64,000 nucleotides of DNA from a virus: IMG/VR virus record IMGVR_UViG_3300032893_000013, positions 32,001 through 96,000 of that record. One strand, written 5' to 3'. The notes under the pieces are model-generated. The model worked only from the letters and a program-made list of their open reading frames with translations, searched no databases and had not been told where the DNA came from. The position numbers and the translations under genes are program-made. Shown piece after piece: positions 1 to 9,292 of the stretch (the first letter of the stretch is position 1; every line of letters starts with the position of its first letter).

Positions 1-368
1 GGCTCAAGAATGCGGTTTGCGTACTGCTTGTGGACTTCCAGATCGGCCATCAGGTTGGCCATATCAACGGCTTGGTCACGGGCCGTAAGCCACGCTGCCA
101 GCGCCTGCTCATGATCTTCGCCGGTCAAGACTTCGCCGCCCTGCATACCCTTTTTGTTTTTTGTAAAGGCAATTGGAATGGCGGGATTGTCCTTGACCAT
201 CTGAATCTGTCGGCTTACTGGGATCGCCCGCGATGATGAGGCATTGCGCGAGAACATGCGATGCGTCATAAATTCGGCGTGAATGAAGCGTGGATACGTC
301 AAAACGTAAGTCGTGAGTCGAATATCTGAAGGTGCGACTGAATCTGCAACAATTTTTGCTTCGATCAT
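1..368 (-). CDS. thyX: Flavin-dependent thymidylate synthase ThyX (5' part; runs off the window; absent from the ORF track)
   Basis: Manual translation MIEAKIVADSVAPSDIRLTTYVLTYPRFIHAEFMTHRMFSRNASSSRAIP...HKQYANRILE contains the ThyX HRxxSxxxxSxR motif; ATGA overlap with the upstream gene. Confidence 0.9.
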   Translation of the reverse strand, partial: MIEAKIVADSVAPSDIRLTTYVLTYPRFIHAEFMTHRMFSRNASSSRAIPVSRQIQMVKDNPAIPIAFTKNKKGMQGGEVLTGEDHEQALAAWLTARDQAVDMANLMADLEVHKQYANRILE

Positions 369-577
369 TTTTCCCTCTTAGGTCCGTAGTGAAATTCTGG
401 GTGTCCACCGGCAACGTAATGCTCTTGCGCATCCGGTCTGTGAATCTTCAAATGTCCGAATACCCACCAAAGAATGTCGCCCCACTGGAATCCGTGATCT
501 TCGATCAAAGAATCAAGCAAGACTTCAAGCTCAAGGAAAATTTCACCGACTGTCAGTTTCTTTTTTTTCTTGGCCAT
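365..577 (-). CDS. Hypothetical protein
   Basis: ORF coupled to thyX by ATGA overlap; GGAGG upstream. Confidence 0.75.
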   Translation of the reverse strand: MAKKKKKLTVGEIFLELEVLLDSLIEDHGFQWGDILWWVFGHLKIHRPDAQEHYVAGGHPEFHYGPKREK

Positions 578-836
578 ACCGTTTTGCCCTCCATGCCTGC
601 ATCACTTTGCTGCGCACTTCATACGGACGCTCCACATAGAATGCAAGTGCGAACTTGATTTTCAGTATTCCAGCCACGAAAGTCACGCCTTTTTCAACTT
701 TAGGATGCTGTACCGTCACGAAGGTAAACGTGTGACGATATGCGTCCAGCAGTAAAAGCGGATTGTCCCAAGAAATGTCCCAAAAAAACGAGACTCTAGG
801 GAGCTTTGATGATAATTTCGTAAACAGGTTTTCCAC
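543..836 (-). CDS. Hypothetical protein
   Basis: Fills the operon gap; GTG start at 836 with GGAG upstream. Confidence 0.5.
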   Translation of the reverse strand: MENLFTKLSSKLPRVSFFWDISWDNPLLLLDAYRHTFTFVTVQHPKVEKGVTFVAGILKIKFALAFYVERPYEVRSKVMQAWRAKRYGQEKKETDSR

Positions 837-1176
837 GTTTCTCCATTTGCTGGCGCATGTGCGCGCTTCCGCGAGATTTACCATCCCAAATCAACAGAAG
901 TGCATCCGCGTAAAGGGACATTTCCGTATTTCTCATAGGTCCGGCCACTTTCCCAAACGTATCCCACTCTGGCGGGAATTTCACGAGTTTCGGCGCGAGA
1001 TTGCCGCAGAGCTTCAACATTTCCAGTTGCCACTTTTCGCCAGCTTGATCGACGCCCTTTGCAGTTCCGGATACGACTTCAGAAATCTTCGTGTCGAGTC
1101 CAAAGAAATTGATGATTTGACTCAGCATTTGCGTATTTGGACTGATGGTTCTGCTTCCGGCAATAATGAGTTTCAT
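796..1176 (-). CDS. SLOG-family (YspA/DUF2493-like) nucleotide-binding protein
   Basis: IIAGSR, VSGTAKGVD, AGPMRNxxM and WDGKSRGS motifs. Confidence 0.85.
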   Translation of the reverse strand: MKLIIAGSRTISPNTQMLSQIINFFGLDTKISEVVSGTAKGVDQAGEKWQLEMLKLCGNLAPKLVKFPPEWDTFGKVAGPMRNTEMSLYADALLLIWDGKSRGSAHMRQQMEKRGKPVYEIIIKAP

Positions 1177-1403
1177 GCGTGTCCTCCAGCGGGATTGCCT
1201 TCAACAACAACGATCATTCGACCGGACTCGTCGGCATCCAGATAAAATGCTGGAGTATCGGAGATTTCTCCGCGACGATAGGCGCCGTTGAACTCAGAAG
1301 CGGCCATGCGCAAAAGTGCGCGCTCGTCTTCAATGCTCAACGTGCTGAGTTTTGTAGAAGAAAACAACTCATTGATCTTGGCAATAACTTTGGCAAGTCC
1401 CAT
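1173..1403 (-). CDS. Hypothetical protein
   Basis: AGGAGG RBS; overlaps the next gene. Confidence 0.75.
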   Translation of the reverse strand: MGLAKVIAKINELFSSTKLSTLSIEDERALLRMAASEFNGAYRRGEISDTPAFYLDADESGRMIVVVEGNPAGGHA

Positions 1404-1412
1404 CGAATCCTC

Positions 1413-1988
1413 CTACTTCAATAATACATCTTTTGGCAATCTTTTCAATAGGTGAACGAGCAAAAGAAACGTATTCTCGGCATCGTCCGGCGCCCAATGC
1501 TTGGTTCCCTTAAAGGCCATTCCGACGCGAGTCATTGACTTTGCCAATCCAGAGCGGACTTTCAGCTTCTGGGCCATGGCACATGCCAGGAAAACCGTCT
1601 TTACATCAAATTCACGATGTCCGTATTCCCACGCGAGATATTCGCCATTACCGATTTGCTCCCACAGGTCATACAATTGCTTCCGAAGAGCTTTGTGATC
1701 GCCGCCGCCCCAAGTGACGAAATTGAGCGTGCAATTGTGCTTATGATAAAGCTCAGTCATTTCCTTGTAGGCTTCGGTGAGAAGAACGCCGCCGTTGACC
1801 ATTTCCTGAGTAATCGTGGTCAATTGCGTTATGAAGGGATTGATTGGATCAGTCACTTCAGGGACGTAGATGATCCAATCTTTCTTTTCGTGAACATGAC
1901 CAGTGTAGACATCGCCAATTACGATGCCTACCTGGATAATATTTTCACTGGGCTGATTAAGCTCCAGATCAAGAGACATTACGTTCAA
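1413..1988 (-). CDS. DEDDh 3'-5' exonuclease
   Basis: SLDLE, TWGGGD and HWAPDDA motifs. Confidence 0.88.
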   Translation of the reverse strand: MNVMSLDLELNQPSENIIQVGIVIGDVYTGHVHEKKDWIIYVPEVTDPINPFITQLTTITQEMVNGGVLLTEAYKEMTELYHKHNCTLNFVTWGGGDHKALRKQLYDLWEQIGNGEYLAWEYGHREFDVKTVFLACAMAQKLKVRSGLAKSMTRVGMAFKGTKHWAPDDAENTFLLLVHLLKRLPKDVLLK

Positions 1989-1990
1989 GA

Positions 1991-2551
1991 CTACTCCCGC
2001 AGTTTGATTTGTTCATCCTTCTTGGTGTCAAATGCTTTTTCTGTGCGATTGGAAGTCACAATGTCGATTTTTGCGAGATCGACGCGGGGAAATCCAAGAG
2101 CGCGAGCGATGACTCCTGTGGGGAACGAATTCAATTGTGTCTCATAAATGCGCTTCTTGTCCAGCAAAACTTTTTGGTCAGCTTCAAAGCTGTTTCGGCC
2201 CGCTTCGATGACCTGCTGAACTTTGGTGTAGACTTCCGAATTCACCGTAGGATTCTGTTCCTTGATGAATTGGAAAACCGCTTTCGAGCCTTCGGCGCCG
2301 TAACGACCAGTGATGGCGGCTTTCGTGACCTTTTCGAGATCCGAAGTCATCATAGAGGGAACTTGCGCAACTTCCAGAACTTTTTTGACCATGTTGTCGT
2401 AATTGTTCTGGTTTTGCTTGTACTGGGCATTCAAGCCCGCTTCTTGCGTGACGAAATCGTTGTTGATTCCGATTACGGAACCGACGCCGACAAGCGTCAA
2501 GGTAACGACGGCCACAAAAAGGCCGATTGCAACTTTTGCTAGGGTAGACAT
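1991..2551 (-). CDS. LemA-like membrane-anchored protein
   Basis: N-terminal TM, helical body, LemA-like YETQLNSFPTGVIARALGF. Confidence 0.7.
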   Translation of the reverse strand: MSTLAKVAIGLFVAVVTLTLVGVGSVIGINNDFVTQEAGLNAQYKQNQNNYDNMVKKVLEVAQVPSMMTSDLEKVTKAAITGRYGAEGSKAVFQFIKEQNPTVNSEVYTKVQQVIEAGRNSFEADQKVLLDKKRIYETQLNSFPTGVIARALGFPRVDLAKIDIVTSNRTEKAFDTKKDEQIKLRE

Positions 2552-2564
2552 AAGAACTCCTTTG

Positions 2565-2729
2565 TTATTTGTTTAGGGCCGCTGTCAATTTGGCACGTTG
2601 CTTCTTGGCGGCGAATCCGCCAGCGTCGAGCTTGGCCAATTTCTGCTCGACCGTAAGTTTGGCGTATTCAGCATTACGCTCTTCTGCCTGCTTACGTCTT
2701 TCTTCACGAACATTTTTAGTGATTCCCAC
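2565..2729 (-). CDS. Small basic protein (54 aa, absent from the ORF track)
   Basis: MGITKNVREERRKQAEERNAEYAKLTVEQKLAKLD...; GGAGG RBS, GTG start. Confidence 0.7.
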   Translation of the reverse strand: MGITKNVREERRKQAEERNAEYAKLTVEQKLAKLDAGGFAAKKQRAKLTAALNK

Positions 2730-2737
2730 GAATCCTC

Positions 2738-2893
2738 CTATCGACCGTTGCGCATCGTTTGGTGCATCGACCGTTTCAAAAATTTGATCTTGCCTTTGCT
2801 GGGTTTTGCCTTCGGCTCACCCTTTTTGTTTTTGCCAGTTCCGTTGATGCCACGCTGGAAGCCTGCAACGGCTTCTTTCGTTTTGTTGCTCAT
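2738..2893 (-). CDS. Small Lys-rich protein (51 aa, absent from the ORF track)
   Basis: MSNKTKEAVAGFQRGINGTGKNKKGEPK...; TAATG overlap with the upstream stop, AGGAG RBS. Confidence 0.65.
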   Translation of the reverse strand: MSNKTKEAVAGFQRGINGTGKNKKGEPKAKPSKGKIKFLKRSMHQTMRNGR

Positions 2894-4014
2894 TAGTATC
2901 TCCTATGGTGAATGGCCTCATCGACCATTTCGTTTTCGTCCTCTTGGTCAAAATCATTCTTCATGAAAAATATACCAAGTCCTACCGAAACAATCAAGCC
3001 AACAATCATTGACCAGATCCATACGCCCAAAGTCGGTACGGCTGAGTGCGCCAGGTACTCGAAATCCTTCATCGGCTTGCGATGATAGTATGTGTCAACG
3101 TTTTGCGCGACCGCATTCAAAATTAAAGAGTCGTACTGAACGCTGCCAATACCCAGAACTGCGTCTTTGATTGTGACTTCGGCCATTTTGTCCGTTGTCC
3201 AAGCCATGACTTCGGCCCATTGGATCTTTTTGTTGTCATCAATGCTCATTACGAGCACGACATCGTTCTTTTTCCCGCCCATCCATGACTGCTGGAGCGC
3301 ATAGAAGTAATCGTCGGGCTGATTCTTGGTGATTACAACTGAAATATTTACCTGTTTCTTGGCGCCAAGAGATCCGTTCAACTCTGAAAGCTGTCGATTC
3401 CATTCTGCCGGATTGTCAACCGTAGCTCCGTTTGTCAAAACCAGCCGGTCGAGACGATAGTAGTCATAAATTCGTTGCGGCGGCGCTACTAGAGATCCGG
3501 TCTTTTCATACTTCTCGACCAATCCCTGTTTTCGGAACAGACTATCGGGAGCGGCCTTGATGTAATTGACGTAACTGTGCGCAACTGAAGTCGGCTCACC
3601 AATTTTCACTGCGGAGAAGCGCGGCGGCTCTCGCAATCCCTGTCGATCAACGCGGTCAATGTCAATTTCTTCGTGATTACTGGTAAACACTTCCCAATCG
3701 ACATCGTAAGAATGCTCGTAGCATGTGTGCCAGCAAGTGCTGCATCCGTGTTTGTCGCAATTGCACGGGTACGGATTGCACGGATAGGAATGACTGCACG
3801 AAACGTGTTCCGATTTTTTCGAGGCCACAACGCCGTTCCAGATTTCAGTATCGTGAGTCGAAAGACAGCCGTGACCGGCGATGAAGAGCGACATGACGCC
3901 GATTTGCAAAAGATTCTGAAGGCCAAACTCGCCAATTGTGATCTTCTTCCCGCTCAAAATAAAGAACATGAAAGCTACAAACGTCGGAATGAGGAGCATG
4001 GTTAAAAGAATCAT
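2893..4014 (-). CDS. Membrane protein with Cys-rich segment and TPM-like extracytoplasmic domain
   Basis: Two N-terminal TMs, CSHSYPCNPYPCNCDKHGCSTCWHTC, WMGGKKNDVVLV (TPM-like), C-terminal TM. Confidence 0.7.
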   Translation of the reverse strand: MILLTMLLIPTFVAFMFFILSGKKITIGEFGLQNLLQIGVMSLFIAGHGCLSTHDTEIWNGVVASKKSEHVSCSHSYPCNPYPCNCDKHGCSTCWHTCYEHSYDVDWEVFTSNHEEIDIDRVDRQGLREPPRFSAVKIGEPTSVAHSYVNYIKAAPDSLFRKQGLVEKYEKTGSLVAPPQRIYDYYRLDRLVLTNGATVDNPAEWNRQLSELNGSLGAKKQVNISVVITKNQPDDYFYALQQSWMGGKKNDVVLVMSIDDNKKIQWAEVMAWTTDKMAEVTIKDAVLGIGSVQYDSLILNAVAQNVDTYYHRKPMKDFEYLAHSAVPTLGVWIWSMIVGLIVSVGLGIFFMKNDFDQEDENEMVDEAIHHRRY

Positions 4015-4283
4015 ATTTGAATCCCCTTTGCTTCCATGAGAGCCTGAGCTTCATCAATCGTCAAACCGGACTTCAAAAGACCTGTGACTTCTTTGAAAAG
4101 AGAAGTTTCCTTCCAGCGTTTATCGGCTTCTTCAAAAATGGACACAAGATCGAAGGGCTTACCTGCGGCCTTTTGCTCTTTGGCAACGTCAGAAATGAGC
4201 TTCTGCTTCCAGCATTGACCACATTTTTCGTAGTCCTGGTGCTCCATATACGTCAAATCAATGTAATCTTCGTATGTGCTCAT
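4011..4283 (-). CDS. Hypothetical protein
   Basis: ATG at 4283 with GGAGG RBS; ATGA overlap downstream. Confidence 0.75.
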   Translation of the reverse strand: MSTYEDYIDLTYMEHQDYEKCGQCWKQKLISDVAKEQKAAGKPFDLVSIFEEADKRWKETSLFKEVTGLLKSGLTIDEAQALMEAKGIQI

Positions 4284-4300
4284 TCTGTCCTCCAAACAAA

Positions 4301-4372
4301 CAAGCCGGGAAGGTCAGCCAAATTCCTTCTCTGCACTGGTCCGCCGCTCATTGAGGCTCTAGCTCCGGCTTG
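4301..4372 (-). ncRNA. Candidate structured intergenic RNA element
   Basis: 8-bp closing stem CAAGCCGG/CCGGCTTG enclosing internal hairpins, directly upstream of an RBS. Confidence 0.4.
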
Positions 4373-4381
4373 CCTAATCGC

Positions 4382-6010
4382 TCACAGAATAGCTTCTGTG
4401 AACCACTTCGGCAAGGACTTTTTATAACGAGACACGAGGCCGTCGAAAGCCCCGTCTAAAATGTATGTGGCGGAATGGTCTGTCTCAGAACGAGTCGATC
4501 TTCCGTATGCTTGGATCAAAGTAAGGAGCGTTTTCCATCCGATCCAATCCGGGCTTTTCTTCATGCGAGCCTGGACAACTTTGTCGCCAAGATACGGATA
4601 CGGAACCTTCACGATCACCTGAAAACGGCTCAAGTCATCCTTCAAGTCAACGCCCTCAGTCATAGACGGAGAAATGAGAACGGTTGGCACCTTAGACGCG
4701 GCGTGGAAAGCCAACACCTGAGCTTGCTTGAATGAATTTTCTGGGAACAGGAGTCGGCCAGGAAATTCCTTCTCAAGCGAATAGAGCAGCTTCTTCGCGG
4801 TGTCGTAAGTGTGAGTGTGAATGATGCCCTTTTGATCGTGGTGATTGTGCAAAATCTCTTTGATGTTCTGAATGATAAGAGGCATCGTGGCTTCCATATT
4901 GCCCTTATTCAATTGGCCGACATAATTGCGAATGATCGGTCGATTCTCCTTCGGGAATGTGCTGGGAATGTCGATGAAAACGCACTCTGCTGGCTCAACG
5001 CCCAATGACTTGATGAACTCTTCGTAATTGATGATTGTAGCCGACATCATCAGTGTCTTTTGACCAAACCGGAACAAGTTGTTTTTCGCGTACTTTGACA
5101 CATCGACCGGCTTCAGAGCAATTTTATCTACGATTGTCTTTTGGTAATCGACGTATGTATTGTCTACAACCAGATTTTCCGGATCGCTTTCAATCTCAGT
5201 TATGATTTTGTTGATTTTGCGATTGAAATTTTCAATGTCATCAAATTTGACTGCTGCGCCCGTGAACATATCCACCTTAGCGGAGCCGGTGAAGTTCTTT
5301 TCACGTTCTGCCATCAATTCGGCGACGATATAAAGCCAAGGGAGATATTCTTTGGAGGTTGGATAATTGGGAATCGTGGCGTTGTCGCCCGATCCGTTCG
5401 GCAACATCTTCTGAAGATGCGACGAAGACACGGTGAACTCAACGAAATTCGTCAAGTTGTCCGCAATCAAGTGGGCTTCGTCGATAATCAACAGCTTTCG
5501 CTTGAAAAAATACGGAGTGAAGTTGAAGAACGAGATGCCAGCCGCGAAATTCAGAGATGTGATTTCGCCATTCTGAGCTTCATCGAGAGCCTTGTGATAT
5601 TCGCACGCTTTTTCCTTCGAGCACGCGCCTCGACCGCTTGGCGTACTGCGACACGGAGAATTCCCGCATGTGAATCCTGGATGCTTCAGGCACTGGTAAT
5701 TCGCACGCCCGCGAAGATCACAGATGTCGGCGTCAAAATCTCTAATATACTGATCTTGCAGGAGTTTATTGGATGTCAGAACGAAGGCGTCTTCGGCGGC
5801 TTTGGCCATAGACATGGCGATTGGACTTTTCCCGGCGCCGGTCGGCGCTTGAACGACTACGAACTTGATTTCAGGGCGGTTTATAGCGTCGGCGATCTGA
5901 TTAAGTGCCCACTCTTGATTGCCTCGAAATGAGAATGGGAAATTCGATAGAATGTCCTCTTTCTTAATGAAATCATTGACGTTGCCGTGTACTGGTGGAC
6001 CGAACTCCAT
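4382..6010 (-). CDS. DinG/YoaA-like Fe-S SF2 helicase
   Basis: QAPTGAGKS, RGRANYxC plus Cys cluster, IIDEAH, MSAT, EGVD, KVPYP, QAYGRSTR; ATG 6010 with GGAGG. Confidence 0.92.
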   Translation of the reverse strand: MEFGPPVHGNVNDFIKKEDILSNFPFSFRGNQEWALNQIADAINRPEIKFVVVQAPTGAGKSPIAMSMAKAAEDAFVLTSNKLLQDQYIRDFDADICDLRGRANYQCLKHPGFTCGNSPCRSTPSGRGACSKEKACEYHKALDEAQNGEITSLNFAAGISFFNFTPYFFKRKLLIIDEAHLIADNLTNFVEFTVSSSHLQKMLPNGSGDNATIPNYPTSKEYLPWLYIVAELMAEREKNFTGSAKVDMFTGAAVKFDDIENFNRKINKIITEIESDPENLVVDNTYVDYQKTIVDKIALKPVDVSKYAKNNLFRFGQKTLMMSATIINYEEFIKSLGVEPAECVFIDIPSTFPKENRPIIRNYVGQLNKGNMEATMPLIIQNIKEILHNHHDQKGIIHTHTYDTAKKLLYSLEKEFPGRLLFPENSFKQAQVLAFHAASKVPTVLISPSMTEGVDLKDDLSRFQVIVKVPYPYLGDKVVQARMKKSPDWIGWKTLLTLIQAYGRSTRSETDHSATYILDGAFDGLVSRYKKSLPKWFTEAIL

Positions 6011-6027
6011 TGAACCTCCAACAAGAA

Positions 6028-6093
6028 AAAAATATCCCATTTTGAGGCAAAGGTCAATCTTCTGTTGAAATGGAGATTGATCTTTGGTAAATT
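6028..6093. promoter_or_regulatory. Divergent sigma70-type promoters with a 13-bp inverted repeat
   Basis: Plus: TTGAAA-N17-TAAATT with extended TG. Minus: TTGACC-N17-TATTTT. IR CAAAGGTCAATCT (6048-6060) / AGATTGATCTTTG (6074-6086). Confidence 0.65.
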
Positions 6094-6115
6094 TTACTCA
6101 TGGAGGTAACTGACT

Positions 6116-6370
6116 ATGGAAAACCAAACCAATCCGACTGACTTTCGCATGGAAGATCAAGTTGACGAAACCGCCGACATGGACATGGACGATACTCTCG
6201 ATGAAGAGACAATCGAAGAGGGCATTGAAGAGCTTGAGTCCATTCCGTATCGCCCGTCGATGCGCGCACGCGCCGTTTCAATTTTGACGGCAATCCTGCA
6301 AACCAATCTCGTGTGGTATGTTGCCGGACTCGTTGACGGCCTGATTCTTTTCAAGTTATTTGGAGGCTAA
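6116..6370 (+). CDS. Acidic protein with C-terminal TM
   Basis: GGAGGT RBS; hydrophobic C-terminus. Confidence 0.75.
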   Translation: MENQTNPTDFRMEDQVDETADMDMDDTLDEETIEEGIEELESIPYRPSMRARAVSILTAILQTNLVWYVAGLVDGLILFKLFGG

Positions 6371-6721
6371 ATGGAATTAAACGGAATTGCCAACATCAAG
6401 ATCCTTTTGGATCAATTGGCCGAGAATCTCCCGAACAACGACGAGGTTCTCGTGCCAGTCGCCAAAATTTACCAGCAGCTTGATTTGATGAATCGCTATA
6501 TGATCGCTCATGACTCGTGGGTTCAAGAGCAACTTCGCCTTCATAGCGAAGACTATCATCATGTGGTGACTACGAAACCGCCAGCTTGGCATGAAGTCAA
6601 GGCAAATCCAAAGGCGTTTCCCACATTGCAGGAGAAGTTTGATGGACTTGAGCAAAAAGAGCGACAAGAAGTACCAAAACGTGATGCAAAACATCAAGGG
6701 CCGGGTTCTTCACTCGATTAA
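6371..6721 (+). CDS. Hypothetical protein
   Basis: GGAGG RBS; abuts the upstream stop. Confidence 0.75.
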   Translation: MELNGIANIKILLDQLAENLPNNDEVLVPVAKIYQQLDLMNRYMIAHDSWVQEQLRLHSEDYHHVVTTKPPAWHEVKANPKAFPTLQEKFDGLEQKERQEVPKRDAKHQGPGSSLD

Positions 6722-6932
6722 GCGCGCATACGAGCGATATAACGTGGTCATTGACGAGTATGATTACTTTCATCTTGTCAATCAGATCATCACACTCGAA
6801 GCTGAATATGTTCGTGAAATCGAGCCAGGCAAAAGCCTGTGGAAAGTTCGGCACCAAGGCTGTATAATGTACGCTGTGTATCTGGAAGCGCACTTGAGTA
6901 TTTGCACCTTTCTTTTGAGGGAGATGATCTAA
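6642..6932 (+). CDS. Hypothetical protein
   Basis: ATG 6642 with AGGAG RBS; TAATG coupling to the next gene. Confidence 0.7.
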   Translation: MDLSKKSDKKYQNVMQNIKGRVLHSIKRAYERYNVVIDEYDYFHLVNQIITLEAEYVREIEPGKSLWKVRHQGCIMYAVYLEAHLSICTFLLREMI

Positions 6933-9250
6933 TGGTTACGATCCTGGTTGGGCCGCAAGGTTCTGGAAAAACTACATACGCCCAAAATACGTCGGCTCAC
7001 CCGATCATCATTTCTCAAGATGTTCAGGGGCAGAAGGGACATTTGGAAGCCTACAAAAAGACTCTGGAGTGTGCTCCAAATTCACAACACATTATCGTGG
7101 ATCGAATCAACCACACGAGGGAACAGCGCGCACGATATATCGACTTGGCCAAAAAAGCCGGATGGAAAACTCAAATCGTTGTGATGAACAGGCCGTTTAG
7201 CGAGTGCTTGCGCCGCATGAACGACCGAAAAAATCACCCGACCATCCGCGATGAAGAGACGGCCATCCATGCGTTGCGAACCTACATCACTAAATACGAA
7301 CGTCCGTCTTACAGCGAAGCCGACGAGTTGGTCTTTTTGACCAGCTACGATCCATTCATGCTGGATTTGAATAATTTTCTTCCGATGGACACTCGCGTCA
7401 TCATCGTTGGCGACGTTCACGGATGCTATGATGAATTGATGGAGCTTCTGGAAAAGGCCAATTACAAGCGTGGGGAAGACGCAGTAATTTTTTGCGGCGA
7501 TATGATCGACCGTGGCCCTAAAATCAAAGAAGTTTTGAACTTTGCCCAAACGACTCCACGAGTGTTTTCCGTGACCGGGAATCATGAGTGGAAGTTCGCT
7601 CGTCATATTGCTAACTTGGGAGCCGGTCTTGTGTCAAAAATCAAGGTGGGACATGGGCTTCAACAAACCATCGACCAAGTTGGCGAAATCGACAACTATT
7701 TGATGGGATTCCTGTGGGATTTGCCGCTGGTCATTCGCTGGAAAAACAATTACATTTTCCACGCCGGGATTAATCCACGATACAACATGGCCCGCCAGAA
7801 CCGAGAATTTTTGCTGTATTGCCGGAAATTCAACGCCCAACTGAACACCTTTGACGATGAAAATTCGCCAATGTGGTATGAGCACGAATTGCATGAATCC
7901 TTTAAGAACTATAATTTGTTCTTCGGTCACGAAGTTCACATGATTACCGATCCATTGCACTTCGCCCAGCACCACAAGAACAAAAACGTCTTCCCTATGG
8001 ACGGCGGCTGTGTTTTTGGCGAAAACCTGAACGGGTGCATCATCAATCCGGACGGAATCCTAAAGATGCAATTCATTTCTGTTCCGTCACGTCAACCCAA
8101 AGAGGAGCATGAGCCTATGTACGAAAATTGGCAAGATCCCTACGAAGAGCGCGTCCGGGCTGGATATTTGAGCAAGGCCGAAGATGAGGATTTGGTTCTC
8201 TACAACTACACGGACAAATGCACCTTCGAGAAGAAGTGGGATAAATACACTCTGGAGTGCCGTGGTCTGATTTTCGAGAAGGCGACGGGAAGAGTTGTTG
8301 CGCGACCGTTCGGAAAGTTTTTCAATCTCGGCGAAACTGAAGACACGCAACTTCACCATCTGCCGAAAGAATCGTATTCGTGCTTCGAGAAAATGGATGG
8401 ATCGCTTGGAATCGTATTCTGGTACAAGGACCGATGGCGCGTTGCCACTCGCGGATCTTTGACTTCCATCCAAGCCAAAGAGGGTGAGAAAATTCTTCAA
8501 CAATACAAGCTGAACAAAAACGGCAATGAAGTTGGCGTCAATGTTACATTGCTGACCGAAATAATTTACCCAGAAAATCGTCACAATCCCGGCGCACGCC
8601 TTGTTGTCGATTACGGCAACACACGTATGCTTGTGCTGTTGGCGGCATTTTGTTCAATCACTGGTCAAGAATTTGATCGTGATGAAGTTGAGGGGTATGC
8701 GAAACGCACTGGAATGCCGATTGTTCAGCAATTCAATTACACAATCAACGAAATGATCGAAATGCAGAAGACGTTGCCAGCCGACAAAGAAGGATTCGTT
8801 GTTCGTTTTGAAAGCGGAATGCGCATCAAGATCAAGGGCGCTGAGTATCTGAAGATGAACAAGATCCTGAACTCCATCACTCCGCTGGTCATTTGGGGCA
8901 TGATGTGCGAATCGGAAGACTTTCAGGTTCCGAGCAGCTACATGATCCAGGTTCCTGAAGAATACCGAGATGAAGTTCTCGACATTGTGTACAAACTCAA
9001 AAAGAAGTCGGACGAAATCTTCAAGGAGATTGCCCACGACTTTGACATCGCGGTTGAGGACTCGAAAATTGACATTCTGCGGCCAAACGATCAGGCGACG
9101 AAAAAGGAACTTGGTCTGTATTTGACAAAAGGTCCAGGGCGCGCCAGATTGAAACACCCATCTATGATGTTCCCCATCTTGAATTCACGCCGAGACATCA
9201 TCGACGAATACTGTCGCAAAATGAGCCGTCCCACATCAAACCAGTTGTAG
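6932..9250 (+). CDS. Trifunctional RNA end-healing/sealing enzyme: polynucleotide kinase + calcineurin-like phosphoesterase + T4 Rnl1-type RNA ligase
   Basis: GPQGSGKTT P-loop; GDVHG/GDMIDRG/GNHE/HAG/GH phosphoesterase motifs; LYNY, ECRGLI, RPFGKFFN, EKMDGSL, ATRGS, EGFVV, KIK ligase motifs. Confidence 0.92.
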   Translation: MVTILVGPQGSGKTTYAQNTSAHPIIISQDVQGQKGHLEAYKKTLECAPNSQHIIVDRINHTREQRARYIDLAKKAGWKTQIVVMNRPFSECLRRMNDRKNHPTIRDEETAIHALRTYITKYERPSYSEADELVFLTSYDPFMLDLNNFLPMDTRVIIVGDVHGCYDELMELLEKANYKRGEDAVIFCGDMIDRGPKIKEVLNFAQTTPRVFSVTGNHEWKFARHIANLGAGLVSKIKVGHGLQQTIDQVGEIDNYLMGFLWDLPLVIRWKNNYIFHAGINPRYNMARQNREFLLYCRKFNAQLNTFDDENSPMWYEHELHESFKNYNLFFGHEVHMITDPLHFAQHHKNKNVFPMDGGCVFGENLNGCIINPDGILKMQFISVPSRQPKEEHEPMYENWQDPYEERVRAGYLSKAEDEDLVLYNYTDKCTFEKKWDKYTLECRGLIFEKATGRVVARPFGKFFNLGETEDTQLHHLPKESYSCFEKMDGSLGIVFWYKDRWRVATRGSLTSIQAKEGEKILQQYKLNKNGNEVGVNVTLLTEIIYPENRHNPGARLVVDYGNTRMLVLLAAFCSITGQEFDRDEVEGYAKRTGMPIVQQFNYTINEMIEMQKTLPADKEGFVVRFESGMRIKIKGAEYLKMNKILNSITPLVIWGMMCESEDFQVPSSYMIQVPEEYRDEVLDIVYKLKKKSDEIFKEIAHDFDIAVEDSKIDILRPNDQATKKELGLYLTKGPGRARLKHPSMMFPILNSRRDIIDEYCRKMSRPTSNQL

Positions 9251-9292
9251 ATTTTTCTTTGTGAAAAGTCTGCAACGTGGTAAATTGTTCAT

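Noticed and set aside
109-432. 107-aa minus-strand ORF from the track
   Set aside because: Wrong frame; the real gene is ThyX starting at 368
5141-5932. 263-aa plus-strand ORF inside the DinG gene
   Set aside because: Antisense shadow of a clearly functional helicase
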